Of a stretch of 64,000 nucleotides of DNA, positions 36,961-48,081 are shown one piece after another. This stretch comes from Candidatus Poribacteria bacterium (lineage in GTDB: Bacteria > Poribacteria > WGA-4E > GCA-2687025), in contig OY762492.1 in assembly GCA_963665845.2 (NCBI GenBank), forward strand, positions 1,120,001-1,184,000, given 5' to 3'. Position numbers and translations under genes: made by a program. The notes under the pieces are model-generated. The model had not been told where the DNA came from. It saw only the letters and a list, made by a program, of their open reading frames with translations, and ran no database searches. Within the stretch, counting starts at the first letter, position 1. Each line of letters starts with the position of its first letter.

Positions 36961-38178
36961 TTGAAGGTTGATGTTGAAACGGTTGACGCGGTCGGACGAA
37001 AACTGCATATCGCGCTCCCATCGGACGATTTGCGTCAAGAGATGAACAAAAAACTGGCAGAACTGCGCAAATCGATACAGCTGCCCGGCTTTAGACCAAA
37101 CCGCGTTCCGATCACCATTGTCCGATCGCGGTTCGGCAAAGAGGTCGAACATGAAACGATCTGGGACGCGGCGCAAAGGGCAGTTGATGAAGCCATCGAA
37201 CGCCACAAGCTGAAAGTTGTCAGCCCGTTCAGCTTTGAACCGACTCTAGACGAGATGAGCATCCCCGCGGAAGGCGATCTGCGTTTCACGGCCGAGGTTG
37301 AAGTGAGAGAGCCGATTCAGATACCGCCCTACAACACGTTCGCCGTCGACAAAAGCCCCGTCAACGTGACGCCCGAAGAGGTGGAAGAGGAGCTGGAAAG
37401 GCTGCGCCTATCCATGTCCAGCTTCAAACCGCTTGAGGAGGAACGGGCGGCGCAGATGGGCGATTCGGTTCTGGTCATCTTGGACAGCATGGAAGACGAT
37501 CAGACGCCCGATATCAGACCGGTATTGCTGCAACTGGACGACGACCTCCCTCCAGAATTGCTGGAAGCGCTGGTCGAAAAGAACCCCGGAAGCAATCAGA
37601 TGGTCACTCTTGGCGGCGAGGACAGAGACATGGTACGCCACTATGTGGAGTTGGTGGCGATCGGCGGGAGAGAAGCGCCGGAGCTGGACGACGCGCTGGC
37701 TCAAAAGCTCGGCTGCCAGACGGTGGACATCCTACGGGGGCAGGTCTGGAATCGGATGATTGAGGCGCGGGAGCGGGAGCAGAAGGAGGAGCAAACAGAC
37801 GATATTTTTGAACAGCTGCTGGAGCGCATCCCGTGCCGCGTCCCGGACATCATGATTGAGCAAATGATTCTGACCATGAGAAACGACGGCATTCCTTACG
37901 GTTCAGACGAAGACTCGCGGCGCGGCATTGAGATGATGATACGGCGCGACTGGATACTGGAAGAGATCGCCGAAAAGGAGGGCATTGAGCATTCCGAGGA
38001 GGAAGCGGAAGCGAGCGCCCGCGCCGAAGCGCGCCGCCGCCAAGAAGACCCCGATCAATCTATAAAGGAGCTGCGCGAATCGGACGACTGGGACTCTTAT
38101 GTCCACGCTGTTCAGGTTGAGCGGGTCGTGGATCTGCTCATCGAACGCGCGTCTCAAAAAGGAATCATCACCCCCTAG
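36961..38178 (+). CDS. tig: Trigger factor
   Basis: LPGFRPNRVP ribosome-binding motif; tRNA-Leu-tig-clpP-clpX synteny; TTG start after GGAGG. Confidence 0.88.
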   Translation: MKVDVETVDAVGRKLHIALPSDDLRQEMNKKLAELRKSIQLPGFRPNRVPITIVRSRFGKEVEHETIWDAAQRAVDEAIERHKLKVVSPFSFEPTLDEMSIPAEGDLRFTAEVEVREPIQIPPYNTFAVDKSPVNVTPEEVEEELERLRLSMSSFKPLEEERAAQMGDSVLVILDSMEDDQTPDIRPVLLQLDDDLPPELLEALVEKNPGSNQMVTLGGEDRDMVRHYVELVAIGGREAPELDDALAQKLGCQTVDILRGQVWNRMIEAREREQKEEQTDDIFEQLLERIPCRVPDIMIEQMILTMRNDGIPYGSDEDSRRGIEMMIRRDWILEEIAEKEGIEHSEEEAEASARAEARRRQEDPDQSIKELRESDDWDSYVHAVQVERVVDLLIERASQKGIITP

Positions 38179-38201
38179 CCCGTTTTTGAAAGGGAGTCGC
38201 T

Positions 38202-38783
38202 GTGTCGCTCGTACCGATGGTCATAGAGCAAACGACGCGCGGTGAACGCGCCTACGATATTTTCTCCCGCCTGCTGAAAGACCGCATCATCATCATCGGG
38301 TCGGGAATCACCGACGAGATGGCGAACATTGTTGTCGCGCAGATGCTGTTTTTGGAGATGGAAGACCCGAACGCCGACATCACCCTCTACATCAACACCC
38401 CCGGCGGCTCCGTGACGGCGGGAATGTCGATCTACGACACGATGCAGTTTGTGAAGCCGGATGTGCAGACCTGGTGCGTCGGCATGGCGTACAGCATGGG
38501 GGCGGTTCTGTTGGCGGCGGGGGCGGAAGGAAAGCGGTTTGCGCTGCCCCATTCCACGACCTTAATACATCAGCCGCTTGGCGGGATTCGGGGTCAAGCC
38601 TCCGACATCAGCATTCACGCCGAGGAGATTCTGCGCGTCAAACGCGAAATCACCGGCATTCTAGCGCGCCATACAGGCCAACCCATTGAGCGCATCGAAG
38701 GCGACTCGGACCGCGACTTTTATATGACAGCGGAGCAAGCCAAAGAGTACGGTCTGATCGATGAAATTGTGCATCAACGATAA
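38202..38783 (+). CDS. clpP: ATP-dependent Clp protease proteolytic subunit
   Basis: [17 protein letters not shown]; YINTPGGSV; GMAYSMG; IHQPLGG; DRDF. Confidence 0.98.
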   Translation: MSLVPMVIEQTTRGERAYDIFSRLLKDRIIIIGSGITDEMANIVVAQMLFLEMEDPNADITLYINTPGGSVTAGMSIYDTMQFVKPDVQTWCVGMAYSMGAVLLAAGAEGKRFALPHSTTLIHQPLGGIRGQASDISIHAEEILRVKREITGILARHTGQPIERIEGDSDRDFYMTAEQAKEYGLIDEIVHQR

Positions 38784-38797
38784 GCAGGAGCAGTGAG

Positions 38798-40063
38798 ATG
38801 TCTGAAAAACAGGGCGTCTGTTCATTTTGCGGCAAGTCGGGGAATGAGCTGATCCGCTCCCCCGCGTCGCCTGGGGCGGCGATTTGCGCGGTGTGCGTCG
38901 CCGTTTGCAGCGAGTTTTTGAACGACCCGGAGCGTTCTCCGCGGCAGCCGGACGAGAAAGAGACGCATGCTCCGCCGCCGTTGCCGGAGCCGTTGTCGCC
39001 CCCTGTCGAAATCAAAGAGTTTCTTGACCAGTATGTGATCGGGCAAGAGAACGCTAAGATCGCGCTTGCCGTCGCCGTCTACAACCATTACAAGCGCATA
39101 CAGACCGGCGACGACGGCTCCGACGTTGAGCTGGAGAAAAGCAATATACTGCTGATTGGACCGACCGGCGTCGGCAAAACGCTCTTGGCGCAGACGCTGG
39201 CGCGCGCGTTGAATGTGCCGTTCACCATCGCCGACGCCACCTCTCTGACCGAGGCGGGCTATGTCGGCGAGGATGTTGAAAACATCATACTCAAACTGCT
39301 GCAAGCCTCCGATTTTGATGTGGACCGCGCCGAAACCGGCATCGTTTATCTGGACGAAGTCGACAAGATCGCGAGCAAGTCGGAAAACCCCTCCATCACC
39401 CGCGACGTCTCCGGCGAAGGCGTCCAGCAGGCGCTGTTGAAAATTCTGGAAGGCTCCGTCGCCAATGTGCCGCCGCAGGGCGGGCGCAAGCATCCGCATC
39501 AGGAGTTCATTCAGGTTGACACCTCGCGCATACTGTTTATCGCGGGCGGAACCTTCACCGGTTTAGAAAAAATTGTTGAGCAGCGGCTTGGGCGGAAGTC
39601 GCTCGGTTTTGGCGCCGAGCTGCGCGACCGCGCCCATGACAGCGTCGGCGCCTCGCTGGCGCAGGTGGAGCCGAGAGACCTGGTGCGGTTCGGCTTCATA
39701 CCGGAGCTGATTGGGCGGCTGCCGGTGGTGACAAACCTGTATGAGCTGGATGAAGACGCGCTTGTTCGGATACTCACCGAGCCGAAAAACGCCCTTGTAA
39801 AGCAGTATCAGAAGTTCTTTGAGTACGAGAATGTGAAGCTGACGATACCCGAAGCCGCGCTGCGCGAAATTGCTCGACAGGCGATACTGCGCGAAACAGG
39901 CGCCCGCGGGCTTCGCTCCGTCATGGAAAAAGCGATGCTGAATGTGATGTACCGCCTGCCGTCGCTTTCCGGCGTTCAGGAGTGCGTCATCGGACCGGGA
40001 GTCGTGAGCGGAAACGAGGAGCCGTCGCTCATCTATAAAGACGAGGAAGCGTTGTCAGCCTAA
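38798..40063 (+). CDS. clpX: ATP-dependent Clp protease ATP-binding subunit ClpX
   Basis: N-terminal C4 zinc finger; [15 protein letters not shown]; DEVDK; [15 protein letters not shown]; LGF loop; TGARGLR. Confidence 0.98.
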   Translation: MSEKQGVCSFCGKSGNELIRSPASPGAAICAVCVAVCSEFLNDPERSPRQPDEKETHAPPPLPEPLSPPVEIKEFLDQYVIGQENAKIALAVAVYNHYKRIQTGDDGSDVELEKSNILLIGPTGVGKTLLAQTLARALNVPFTIADATSLTEAGYVGEDVENIILKLLQASDFDVDRAETGIVYLDEVDKIASKSENPSITRDVSGEGVQQALLKILEGSVANVPPQGGRKHPHQEFIQVDTSRILFIAGGTFTGLEKIVEQRLGRKSLGFGAELRDRAHDSVGASLAQVEPRDLVRFGFIPELIGRLPVVTNLYELDEDALVRILTEPKNALVKQYQKFFEYENVKLTIPEAALREIARQAILRETGARGLRSVMEKAMLNVMYRLPSLSGVQECVIGPGVVSGNEEPSLIYKDEEALSA

Positions 40064-40139
40064 CCGCTTGGCGAACGCGGACGTCGTCTGCGCCGCCTCT
40101 AGATTCCCGCTTACGCGGGAATGCATGTCCTCGCGGAAG

Positions 40140-40296
40140 GGCAGTACTTACAAGCGATGATTTTGATTTTTAGAGCGCCGTTTTGGAATGCGAAGGCTCT
40201 CTGGGAAAACTCTGGATTCCCGTTTGCGCGGGAATGACGTCAGGCGGCTCCGACGTTTTAAGTCAATCATGAAGTTCATCGCATGAGCGTACTCCC
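40140..40296. mobile_element. MITE-like element, family B (157 bp)
   Basis: Ends GGCAGTACTTACAAGCGATGA / (rc) GGGAGTACGCTCATGCGATGA; perfect 8-bp duplication CGCGGAAG at 40132-40139 and 40297-40304. Confidence 0.8.
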
Positions 40297-40316
40297 CGCG
40301 GAAGCGGGGAACGAAC

Positions 40317-40484
40317 CTGACCTTACGTCTTTAGTTGGGACATGCCGGCGGACGAACGCAGACGTCTTCTGCGACGCCTCTAGATTCCCGCTTACGCGGG
40401 AATGACGGCTTGGTTAGCGGCGCCTTTTTCCCATGAATAAAGCGATCGTCGGTTCGAATGTCCCAACTTTAGGCGTGAGGTCAG
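40317..40484. mobile_element. MITE-like element, family A (168 bp)
   Basis: TIRs CTGACC...TTGGGACAT / ATGTCCCAA...GGTCAG; perfect 8-bp duplication GAACGAAC at 40309-40316 and 40485-40492. Confidence 0.85.
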
Positions 40485-40526
40485 GAACGAACTGGTTGAC
40501 AACGCCTTTCCCACTGGCGGCGTTGA

Positions 40527-41756
40527 TCAGCCGCCTGCCTCCTTTTCGGCAATCTTGGTGAGAATGTCCCCTAGGATGTTCTGAACCTGCGGCGCCTGCT
40601 CTTTGCGGTAGAACTCATCCAGGTCGTAGAGCTGGTTTTCCGACAACTTCCATATCACCTGTTCATCGCCGATGATGCGCGAGAGCCGCTGCCGGCGCCT
40701 CCAGTGGTCGTTCTCCTGTTTTTTCATGAGCGCCTTTAGGGTCGGTTCGATGGCGGACGCTTCAAAACTGGCGATCGTCTCCACCATCTTGTCAACAACG
40801 GCGTTGTTCTTTTCCTTCTGTAAAGCGTCCACAAGGGCGTTGATGGTTGAGCGCCCGTTACCGTGTTTTTGGATCGCTTGGACGATGCTCATCCGCACGA
40901 TTTCATCCTCATCGGACAGCCGCTCAATGATCGTCGACGCGGGGGGTTTCCTGTCCAAGAATTGCAGCGCATACGCCGCGGCGCGCCGCGCCAGCAGATC
41001 ATTGGAGTCGAGACTGCTGAGAATAAAGCCGCGCTCGCCCTTTTCGCCGAGCTTGTACAGCGCGGCGGACGCTTCCGTACGCAGCCCCGCCGGGGCGGTT
41101 TCATCCTCTTGCAGCGTTTTCAAAAACGGAATCGACTGGGCGTCGGTAACATGCCCCAGAACGCGCAGCAGTTCCGTTTTCTCTTGCGCGTTGTATGAAT
41201 CGGACAGTATCGCTTCTTTGAGTCCTGCAGCCGCTTTGGGACCGATGCGCGCCAGGACGCGCTGCACCTTTCGCCGCACCAGCGGCTTATGGTAGGAGTG
41301 GATCAGGTCCGGGACGCAGTCTTCGCCCAAAACGACGAGCGCGTCTTCAGCCGATTCGGAAAGAAAATCTTGACGTTTCAGAATTTGGACCATGCCCAGT
41401 ATTGCCGATGGGTCTTGGCGCACCTCGCCGATGGATTTGTCCCGCATTTCGATGTATCTTTGCGCTTCCGAGGGGATGTTTCGCATCTTCTTTGCCGCGC
41501 GGTCGTACGCCACCGCTAGATACGCGCGCGCGATGGACCTTGTTTTCGGCTCTTTGTCGATCGATTTCTGAAAATCTTTCGCCGCCTGCGACGAGCTGTC
41601 GTTGATCAGCTGCTGTTTACCAACCTCATAATATGTAAAATCGGTTTCCTTGATTTCGCAGCCGACCAGCGCCGTCAAAAGCGCCGCAACAGCCGCGACT
41701 CGACCCGACCAGCGGAAAGCTCCGGAGCCGGGCAATTTACCTACCTGCACTTGCAT
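40527..41756 (-). CDS. HEAT-repeat lipoprotein
   Basis: Lipobox LVGC; HEAT-like repeats (LRTEASAALYKLG, ARRAAAYAL, LSDEDEIVRMSIVQAI). Confidence 0.7.
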   Translation of the reverse strand: MQVQVGKLPGSGAFRWSGRVAAVAALLTALVGCEIKETDFTYYEVGKQQLINDSSSQAAKDFQKSIDKEPKTRSIARAYLAVAYDRAAKKMRNIPSEAQRYIEMRDKSIGEVRQDPSAILGMVQILKRQDFLSESAEDALVVLGEDCVPDLIHSYHKPLVRRKVQRVLARIGPKAAAGLKEAILSDSYNAQEKTELLRVLGHVTDAQSIPFLKTLQEDETAPAGLRTEASAALYKLGEKGERGFILSSLDSNDLLARRAAAYALQFLDRKPPASTIIERLSDEDEIVRMSIVQAIQKHGNGRSTINALVDALQKEKNNAVVDKMVETIASFEASAIEPTLKALMKKQENDHWRRRQRLSRIIGDEQVIWKLSENQLYDLDEFYRKEQAPQVQNILGDILTKIAEKEAGG

Positions 41757-42831
41757 TTCCTTTCTCTTCCATGCGCGAGCGGGCGCGCTTCGGTGTGGAA
41801 CCTTCGGTGGAGGCGCGCAGCTGTCCGCATGCCGCCTCTATATCTTGTCCCTTGGTTTTGCGGACGGTCGCTCCGATGCCGCCGTCCAGCATAATCCGCT
41901 GGAACTTCAACACGGACGAGGCGCGCGGTCGGACATAGGAACTCCCAGGTATCGGATTGAACGGTATCAGATTCACTTTAGACGGAACATCCCGCAGCAG
42001 ACGGCGCAGACGGTAAGCGTCTTCAGCCGTATCGTTCACATCGCGTATCATCGCATATTCTATCGTCAAACGCCGTTTCGAAGCTTCGATCCATTCCAGG
42101 CACGCCGCCAACACATTTGCAATAGTATAACGTCGATTGGACGGAATCAAATCGTTGCGCGTCTCGTCGGTCGTCGCGTTGAGAGACAGCGCCAGACCCG
42201 TCTTCAACTTCTCGCGCGCAAAACGGCGAATCGCCGGCGCTAAACCGGAGGTCGACACGGTGATCTTGCGCGCTCCAAGCGCAAACCCTTCCGGATGCGA
42301 TAGAACGCGCAGCGCCGTCATCAAATTCTTGTAATTCGCCAGAGGCTCCCCCATGCCCATGAACACCATGTTTGTCAACGAGTCGCGCCCGACGCGGCGG
42401 GACGCCTCCAGCGCCTGACCCAAGATCTCCCCCGCTGTCATATTGCGCCGCAGCCCCAAAAGAGCTGTCGCGCAGAACGAGCATTTTTGACCGCACCCGA
42501 CCTGACTCGAGACGCACAGCGTCAGGCGGGAGCCGTCCGGTATCAGAACCGATTCGACCTGTTCCCCGTCCTGCAGCTCCATGAGGTATTTCGTCGTTCC
42601 GTCGGACGAGACCCGCTCCGCGGCGACCTTCAACGCGGACAGCGAGGCGGACTTCTCCAGCTCCGCCCGCCATGCTTTCGGCAAATTGGTCATTTCGGAA
42701 AAAGCGGCGGCGCCGCGCCGGTAGATCCATTGGTACAGCTGCCGACCGCGGTATGCGGGCTGACCGTTCTCTTCAGCCCATCGCTCCATCTCTTCTATGC
42801 TCATGCCGACCAGGGCGGTTGTGGCGTTCAT
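41737..42831 (-). CDS. rlmN: 23S rRNA/tRNA m2A methyltransferase RlmN
   Basis: CVSSQVGCGQKCSFC; VFMGMGEPLAN; ITVSTSG; VNLIPFN; DIEAACGQL. Confidence 0.97.
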   Translation of the reverse strand: MNATTALVGMSIEEMERWAEENGQPAYRGRQLYQWIYRRGAAAFSEMTNLPKAWRAELEKSASLSALKVAAERVSSDGTTKYLMELQDGEQVESVLIPDGSRLTLCVSSQVGCGQKCSFCATALLGLRRNMTAGEILGQALEASRRVGRDSLTNMVFMGMGEPLANYKNLMTALRVLSHPEGFALGARKITVSTSGLAPAIRRFAREKLKTGLALSLNATTDETRNDLIPSNRRYTIANVLAACLEWIEASKRRLTIEYAMIRDVNDTAEDAYRLRRLLRDVPSKVNLIPFNPIPGSSYVRPRASSVLKFQRIMLDGGIGATVRKTKGQDIEAACGQLRASTEGSTPKRARSRMEEKGNASAGR

Positions 42832-42864
42832 GCGGGCGTCGCGTTCTCCTTCGTTTTTCCGCTG

Positions 42865-44028
42865 TTAATATGATAGCGCCGATTCGGGCAGCAGTCGCAA
42901 AAACGCTTCATTTGCGAGCAGAACGCCGCGCCGCGTCAAGCGCAAGGCTCCGTCCGCCAGCTTCGTCAAGCCGAGGCGCGTTGTTTGCGCGATCTCCGTT
43001 TGGAAATCGTCCAGCAGATTCATTCCGTATCGGCGGGCGTATTCGGTTAGGGGAACTCCGCCGCGCATTCGCAGCCCCTGCCGGACCGTTTCCGCGCGCG
43101 CCGCCTTCCCGTCAAGCCGCTCCCGTTCAACGATCGGGTCGCGCCCCTCCTCCATCCGCTTGATGTACGACTTTGTCCCGCGCGTGTTGGCTGTCCGCTC
43201 GCCATTCAAATAACTGCATGCCCCCGGACCGATTCCCGCATGCGGTTTGTTGCGCCAGTAACGCAGATTATGCTCGCATTCGCTGCCGAGCCTGGCAAAA
43301 TTGGACAGCTCGTAATACGGATACCCCGCCCGCTCCATCGCATCCAGCGTCCACTCATACATGTCGGCTTGAAGATCCTCGTCGGGAAGGGAGAGGCGGC
43401 CTTGGCGGTTCCAGTAATGAAAGACGGTTTTTGGCTCAATCGTCAGGTTGTAAATGGACAGATGTTCTGGGTCAAGAGAGAGGGCGCGGCGCGCGTCCTC
43501 CCGCCATTTACGCATCGTCTGACCAGGGAGGGCGAACATCATGTCGAGGTTGATGTTTTCAAAGCCGGCGTTTCGCGCGTTCCGGTAAGCCATCTCGATC
43601 TGCTCCGAAGAATGCGTCCTGTCCAGCAGTTTCAGCGCCGCGTCATCGAAGGTTTGCGCTCCGATGGAGAGGCGGTTGACGCCCGCGTTTCGATAGGCGC
43701 GCAGGCGCGGTTCATTGGACGTCTCTGGGTTCGCTTCAAGGCTGATCTCCGCCTGCGGTTGAATGTTAAAAGAGCGGCGCAGCGCCTCCATGAGCCTGCC
43801 CATCTGCCCGCCGTTCAACAGCGAGGGGGTTCCTCCTCCAAAGAAAACGGTCTTTACGGCACCTTGAACCGCCGACCCGACCCTCTCCGCTTCCGTCTCC
43901 AGCGCCGACAGAAACGGCTCGATTAGATCGGGGCGCATCGGGTAGGTGGCAAAGTCGCAGTAGCGGCATTTGCGCAAACAGAACGGGATATGGACATAGA
44001 GGCTGATGTCAGGGTTCAAGGGTTCCAT
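42865..44028 (-). CDS. hemW: Radical SAM heme chaperone HemW (HemN-like)
   Basis: SLYVHIPFCLRKCRYCDF; FFGGGTPS; EANP; YELSNFA; HNLRYW (HNxxYW motif); near lepA. Confidence 0.9.
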   Translation of the reverse strand: MEPLNPDISLYVHIPFCLRKCRYCDFATYPMRPDLIEPFLSALETEAERVGSAVQGAVKTVFFGGGTPSLLNGGQMGRLMEALRRSFNIQPQAEISLEANPETSNEPRLRAYRNAGVNRLSIGAQTFDDAALKLLDRTHSSEQIEMAYRNARNAGFENINLDMMFALPGQTMRKWREDARRALSLDPEHLSIYNLTIEPKTVFHYWNRQGRLSLPDEDLQADMYEWTLDAMERAGYPYYELSNFARLGSECEHNLRYWRNKPHAGIGPGACSYLNGERTANTRGTKSYIKRMEEGRDPIVERERLDGKAARAETVRQGLRMRGGVPLTEYARRYGMNLLDDFQTEIAQTTRLGLTKLADGALRLTRRGVLLANEAFLRLLPESALSY

Positions 44029-45055
44029 ACCTGTTCATGATCGGTTTGATATGGTCGAAGCGTATCCAGCGCCGAAGCGTGTTGCGGGGGGCGTCCGGAT
44101 CGTTTGACCAGTAGATCCAGACCGCCTTGCCCTTGACAACATCGTACGGAACCGGACCCCAAGCGCGGCTGTCCTGCGAGTTGAGCCGATTGTCGCCGAC
44201 CGCAAAGTAATGGCGGTCAGGGACCTTGAAAACGGCGTCTTCCCGTATGCTGCGGTAGGAACGGCTGCGCGTAAATGTCCACTGCAGCGTCTCCGTGTTT
44301 TGGTACAGGACGCCGCGCATGATTCTCCCCTCCCGGTTGTCCGCCTCGACAATATAGTACTCTTTGACAGGGAGTCGGCGGTCGTACTCCCTGCCCTTCC
44401 CTGCGATGCGCAGCCGATAATGGGTTCCGTCCTCCGTTGCCATGGCGATCGGCTCTTCGTCGAACAGCTCCGTTTCAACCTGTTCCCGTTCGATGAACTC
44501 TTGAACCGATTCCCAGGCGCCGGGATGCTCCAAATAGTACGGCGCAAGCGACCAATGGGATCTAAACGGCGGAAAATGGGAGGCTGCATTTTTATGTTGA
44601 AACGGCTCATCGTTCGCATACGGAAGCGGCTTGGCGTATTCTTCGTTCAAAAGCCGCTTGCTGTTGATGAGCAGCGAGTTGCCGCCGACGGCGATCGTAT
44701 CGCCCGGCTCCGCGGCGACGCGCTTGATAAAATGCTCTAACGGGCTGTGTTTAGGGCTAAAGACAAACACATCGCCCGCCTGCGGTCCGCGGAAGTCGAA
44801 CAGGCGTGTGGAGGTTGCCGGCAATTTGGCGCCGTAGCTGAATTTCAGCACCAACACCCGGTCGCCGGCGAACAACGTATTTTCCATAGACCCTGAGGGT
44901 ATCTTATACGGCTCGGCGATAAACGGGCGAATGAACCCAAAGACGACGATAAACGCCATCATGAGTATCTGCGCCCAGTCCATGATGACCGAATTGCGCA
45001 CATCTATCTTTTTTTCGGCGGGCGTTTCATTGTCCGAACGGTTTATTTGCGGCAT
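44009..45055 (-). CDS. lepB: Signal peptidase I
   Basis: IPSGSMENTL (Ser); FIKRV (Lys); GDNRLNSQDSR; downstream of lepA. Confidence 0.95.
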   Translation of the reverse strand: MPQINRSDNETPAEKKIDVRNSVIMDWAQILMMAFIVVFGFIRPFIAEPYKIPSGSMENTLFAGDRVLVLKFSYGAKLPATSTRLFDFRGPQAGDVFVFSPKHSPLEHFIKRVAAEPGDTIAVGGNSLLINSKRLLNEEYAKPLPYANDEPFQHKNAASHFPPFRSHWSLAPYYLEHPGAWESVQEFIEREQVETELFDEEPIAMATEDGTHYRLRIAGKGREYDRRLPVKEYYIVEADNREGRIMRGVLYQNTETLQWTFTRSRSYRSIREDAVFKVPDRHYFAVGDNRLNSQDSRAWGPVPYDVVKGKAVWIYWSNDPDAPRNTLRRWIRFDHIKPIMNRYGTLEP

Positions 45056-45098
45056 CTCTCTCCACCGGCTTATGATCAGTTGACGCGGCTTGCGGTTT

Positions 45099-46892
45099 TC
45101 ATTCGTCCATCGAGAGCGCCGCCGTGAACGCCTCCTGCGGCACTTCGACGCTGCCGACCGCTTTCATGCGTTTGCGCCCCTCTTTCTGCCGTTCCAGCAG
45201 CTTTCGTTTACGGGTGATGTCCCCGCCGTAACATTTCGCGGTGACATTCTTGCGAATCGCTTTGACCGTCTTGCGCGCGACGACCCGCCGTCCGATGGCG
45301 GCTTGTATCGCCACATCGAAGAACTGGCGCGGGATGACCGCCTGCAGCTTTTCAGCCAAAGCGCGTCCCCGTTCGCCCGCGTTCTCCCTGTGAATGATGA
45401 GCGACAGCGCATCGAGAGGCTTTCCGTTTAGGAGAATGTCCAGCTTCACCAGATCCGACTCGCGGTAACCAATCAGCTCGTAGCTCATGGAGCCGTAGCC
45501 GCGCGTGGACGATTTTAACTTGTCAAAAAAGTTGACGACCATCTCGCTCAACGGCAGCTCGTAATGGATCGCGGCGCGCGTCGGCGTGAGATACTCCAGC
45601 GATTGGTAGGTCCCGCGGCGGCTCTCGCACAGCTCCATTGCCGCGCCGATATATTCGGCGGGGACGCTCAACTGAACCGACGCGCACGGCTCTTCGATGG
45701 ACGCCAATTCGCCCAACCCCGGCATATCGGACGGATTCTCGATCTCCAGCACATCGCCGCCGTTCGTCAACACCTGATACCGGACATTCGGAGCCGTTCT
45801 GATGAGCGTCAGGTTATACTCCCGTTCCAGCCGCTCCCGCACAATGTCCATATGTAACGGACCGAGAAAACCGCACCGAAAACCGAAGCCGAGAGCGTCC
45901 GAGGTTTCCGCCTCATAGGTGAAGGAGCTTTCGTTCAGGCGCAGCTTGTCCAGCGCCTCCCGCAGCGCCGAAAAGTCGGAGCTGTCCGCCGGGTAGAGAC
46001 CGCAGAAAACGAACGGCTGCATGTCGCGGTAGCCTGGGCATGGCTGCGCCGTCGGGTTTGCCCCGTCGGTAATCGTGTCGCCGATGCGCGTTTGGCGGAT
46101 GTCCTTGATGTTCGCGGTGATATACCCGACCGAGCCTGCTTTCAGCTCCTCGACCGGCGTCATGCGCGGCGCGAAGACGCCCACCTCCGCCGATTCGCGT
46201 TCGTCGCCCGCCGCCATCAAACGTATCGGCATCTTGCTGCGCAGCGACCCGTCCATCACGCGGACGCACATGACGACGCCGCGGTAGGTGTCGTAATGCG
46301 AGTCGATGACGAGCGCTTTCAAGGGGGCGTTCAGGTTGCCTGACGGGGGCGGAATTCGCTGAACGACCGCCTCCAGCGCGTCTTCCACCCCGACGCCGTT
46401 TTTGGCGCTGATTTGCAGTATCTCTTCCGCGGGCGTTCCCAACAGGTCTTCAATCTCTTCAGAAACGAGATCGATTTGGGCGGAAGGGAGGTCGATCTTA
46501 TTCAGCACAGGGACAATCTCCAGCCCCTGCTCCAGCGCCAAGGTGGCGTTGGAGACGGTCTGCGCCTGTATTCCCTGCGCGGCGTCCACCAGCAGCAAGG
46601 CGCCTTCGCAGGCGGCGAGGCTCCTTGAAACCTCATAGGTGAAGTCCACATGCCCCGGCGTGTCGATCAGGTTCAGCTCATATTCGCTGCCGTCTTTTGC
46701 GGCGTAGGACAAGCGGGCGACCGCCGCCTTGATCGTGATTCCGCGTTCCCGTTCAAGGTCCATCGTATCGAGAGCCTGATCGCGCATCTCCCGTTCGTCC
46801 AGAGCGCCGGTCGTTTCAAGCAGGCGGTCGGCGAGCGTGGACTTGCCATGATCAATATGGGCGATGATGCAAAAATTGCGCGTTCGTTTCAT
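45099..46892 (-). CDS. lepA: Elongation factor 4
   Basis: [19 protein letters not shown]; ERERGITIK; DTPGHVDF; GFRCGFLG; [15 protein letters not shown]. Confidence 0.98.
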   Translation of the reverse strand: MKRTRNFCIIAHIDHGKSTLADRLLETTGALDEREMRDQALDTMDLERERGITIKAAVARLSYAAKDGSEYELNLIDTPGHVDFTYEVSRSLAACEGALLLVDAAQGIQAQTVSNATLALEQGLEIVPVLNKIDLPSAQIDLVSEEIEDLLGTPAEEILQISAKNGVGVEDALEAVVQRIPPPSGNLNAPLKALVIDSHYDTYRGVVMCVRVMDGSLRSKMPIRLMAAGDERESAEVGVFAPRMTPVEELKAGSVGYITANIKDIRQTRIGDTITDGANPTAQPCPGYRDMQPFVFCGLYPADSSDFSALREALDKLRLNESSFTYEAETSDALGFGFRCGFLGPLHMDIVRERLEREYNLTLIRTAPNVRYQVLTNGGDVLEIENPSDMPGLGELASIEEPCASVQLSVPAEYIGAAMELCESRRGTYQSLEYLTPTRAAIHYELPLSEMVVNFFDKLKSSTRGYGSMSYELIGYRESDLVKLDILLNGKPLDALSLIIHRENAGERGRALAEKLQAVIPRQFFDVAIQAAIGRRVVARKTVKAIRKNVTAKCYGGDITRKRKLLERQKEGRKRMKAVGSVEVPQEAFTAALSMDE

Positions 46893-46895
46893 TTT

Positions 46896-48080
46896 TTAAA
46901 GTATCTCATCGTATAGTCGGCAAAGCTTTTCGGTGATGACGCCCCATCCATGTTCCCGCTCCACATATCGGCGCCCGGCGTCGGCTAAGGCGCGCTGCCG
47001 ATCCCTGTCCTTTAATAACGATATAACCTCTTGGGCGAATTTGTCTTGATCATTTGCTTCCAGCAGCTCATGTCCGTTTCGGGCGCCGCAGCCCTGCCTT
47101 CCGAGCGGCGTGGTGACAACGGGCAGTTTCATCGCCATCGCTTCCAGATTTTTCGTTTGAACGCCGGAGCCGCAGAACATCGGCGCGGCGAAGATGTCCG
47201 CCTCTTCAAAATAAGGGCGCAGATCGGGCGCCGCGCCTGTAACAACAACGCCGCTCCGCCCGTTCAATCGGCGCAGCGGCCGCGGGGGACTAGTACCCGC
47301 CAGGATGAGCCGCGCGTCCGGAAACGCTTCGCGCACCTTCGGCAGCGTGTCATGAACAAGAAACATCGCCGCGTCGGTGTTCGGGAAATAGTTCATCGTC
47401 CCGGTGAAAAGAATCGTCGGCGGACCGTTTCGCTCTGGACGGGAGGGGGAGAAGTAGTCTAAGTCGACTCCCTGCGAGACGATGTCAAGCCGCGCGTCCG
47501 GCGCCGTCTCATGGATCGCGTCTCGGTCGTCCGCGGCGATGACGACGGTACGGTCGAACGCCTGGATGATCTCCGCTTCATACCGCCGCGCCCGTTTCTC
47601 TTCAATCTTCAAAAGGGGTCGGTTGAGCGGGTTGCGTTCGCGCTCCATTCGCCGGCGCAGGTTCATCGCCATTGAGTCGCACAGGTCCAGCAGCTTCGGC
47701 AGCGGCTCCTCCGCCACATACCGCCCCATCCGAAACAGCGAGGCATGGACGGCGTCCGGCGCGCTTTCGTCGATGGCTTTACGCACCGCGTCCGCCATGC
47801 GCGTCGATCTCCACATGGCGTTTTGAAGCGGCTCGTTTCCGAACAGGCTCGCGGCGGCGCGCGCCCGCCCTTTCCATGCGGAATGCGGCGCGGGGTAGAT
47901 CTCGGCGCACATCTCGCGCAGCGGTCCAAGATTGTCCAGCTCGCTTCGCTTTTCAAAAAACGCCGCCAGCGCGATTCGATACTTTTCCTGCAGTCCGCGT
48001 ATGAAATGGAACGCGCGGATTCGGTCGCCCCGATGAGGCGGATACGGCAATCGCAAACTGAGGAACAGAAGATTTTTCAA
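46896..48080 (-). CDS. Glycosyltransferase family 4
   Basis: PYPPHRGD.IR; ILFTGTMNYFPN.DA; GSGVQTKNLEAMAM.LPVV; probable TTG start at 48080. Confidence 0.88.
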   Translation of the reverse strand: MKNLLFLSLRLPYPPHRGDRIRAFHFIRGLQEKYRIALAAFFEKRSELDNLGPLREMCAEIYPAPHSAWKGRARAAASLFGNEPLQNAMWRSTRMADAVRKAIDESAPDAVHASLFRMGRYVAEEPLPKLLDLCDSMAMNLRRRMERERNPLNRPLLKIEEKRARRYEAEIIQAFDRTVVIAADDRDAIHETAPDARLDIVSQGVDLDYFSPSRPERNGPPTILFTGTMNYFPNTDAAMFLVHDTLPKVREAFPDARLILAGTSPPRPLRRLNGRSGVVVTGAAPDLRPYFEEADIFAAPMFCGSGVQTKNLEAMAMKLPVVTTPLGRQGCGARNGHELLEANDQDKFAQEVISLLKDRDRQRALADAGRRYVEREHGWGVITEKLCRLYDEIL

Positions 48081-48081
48081 G

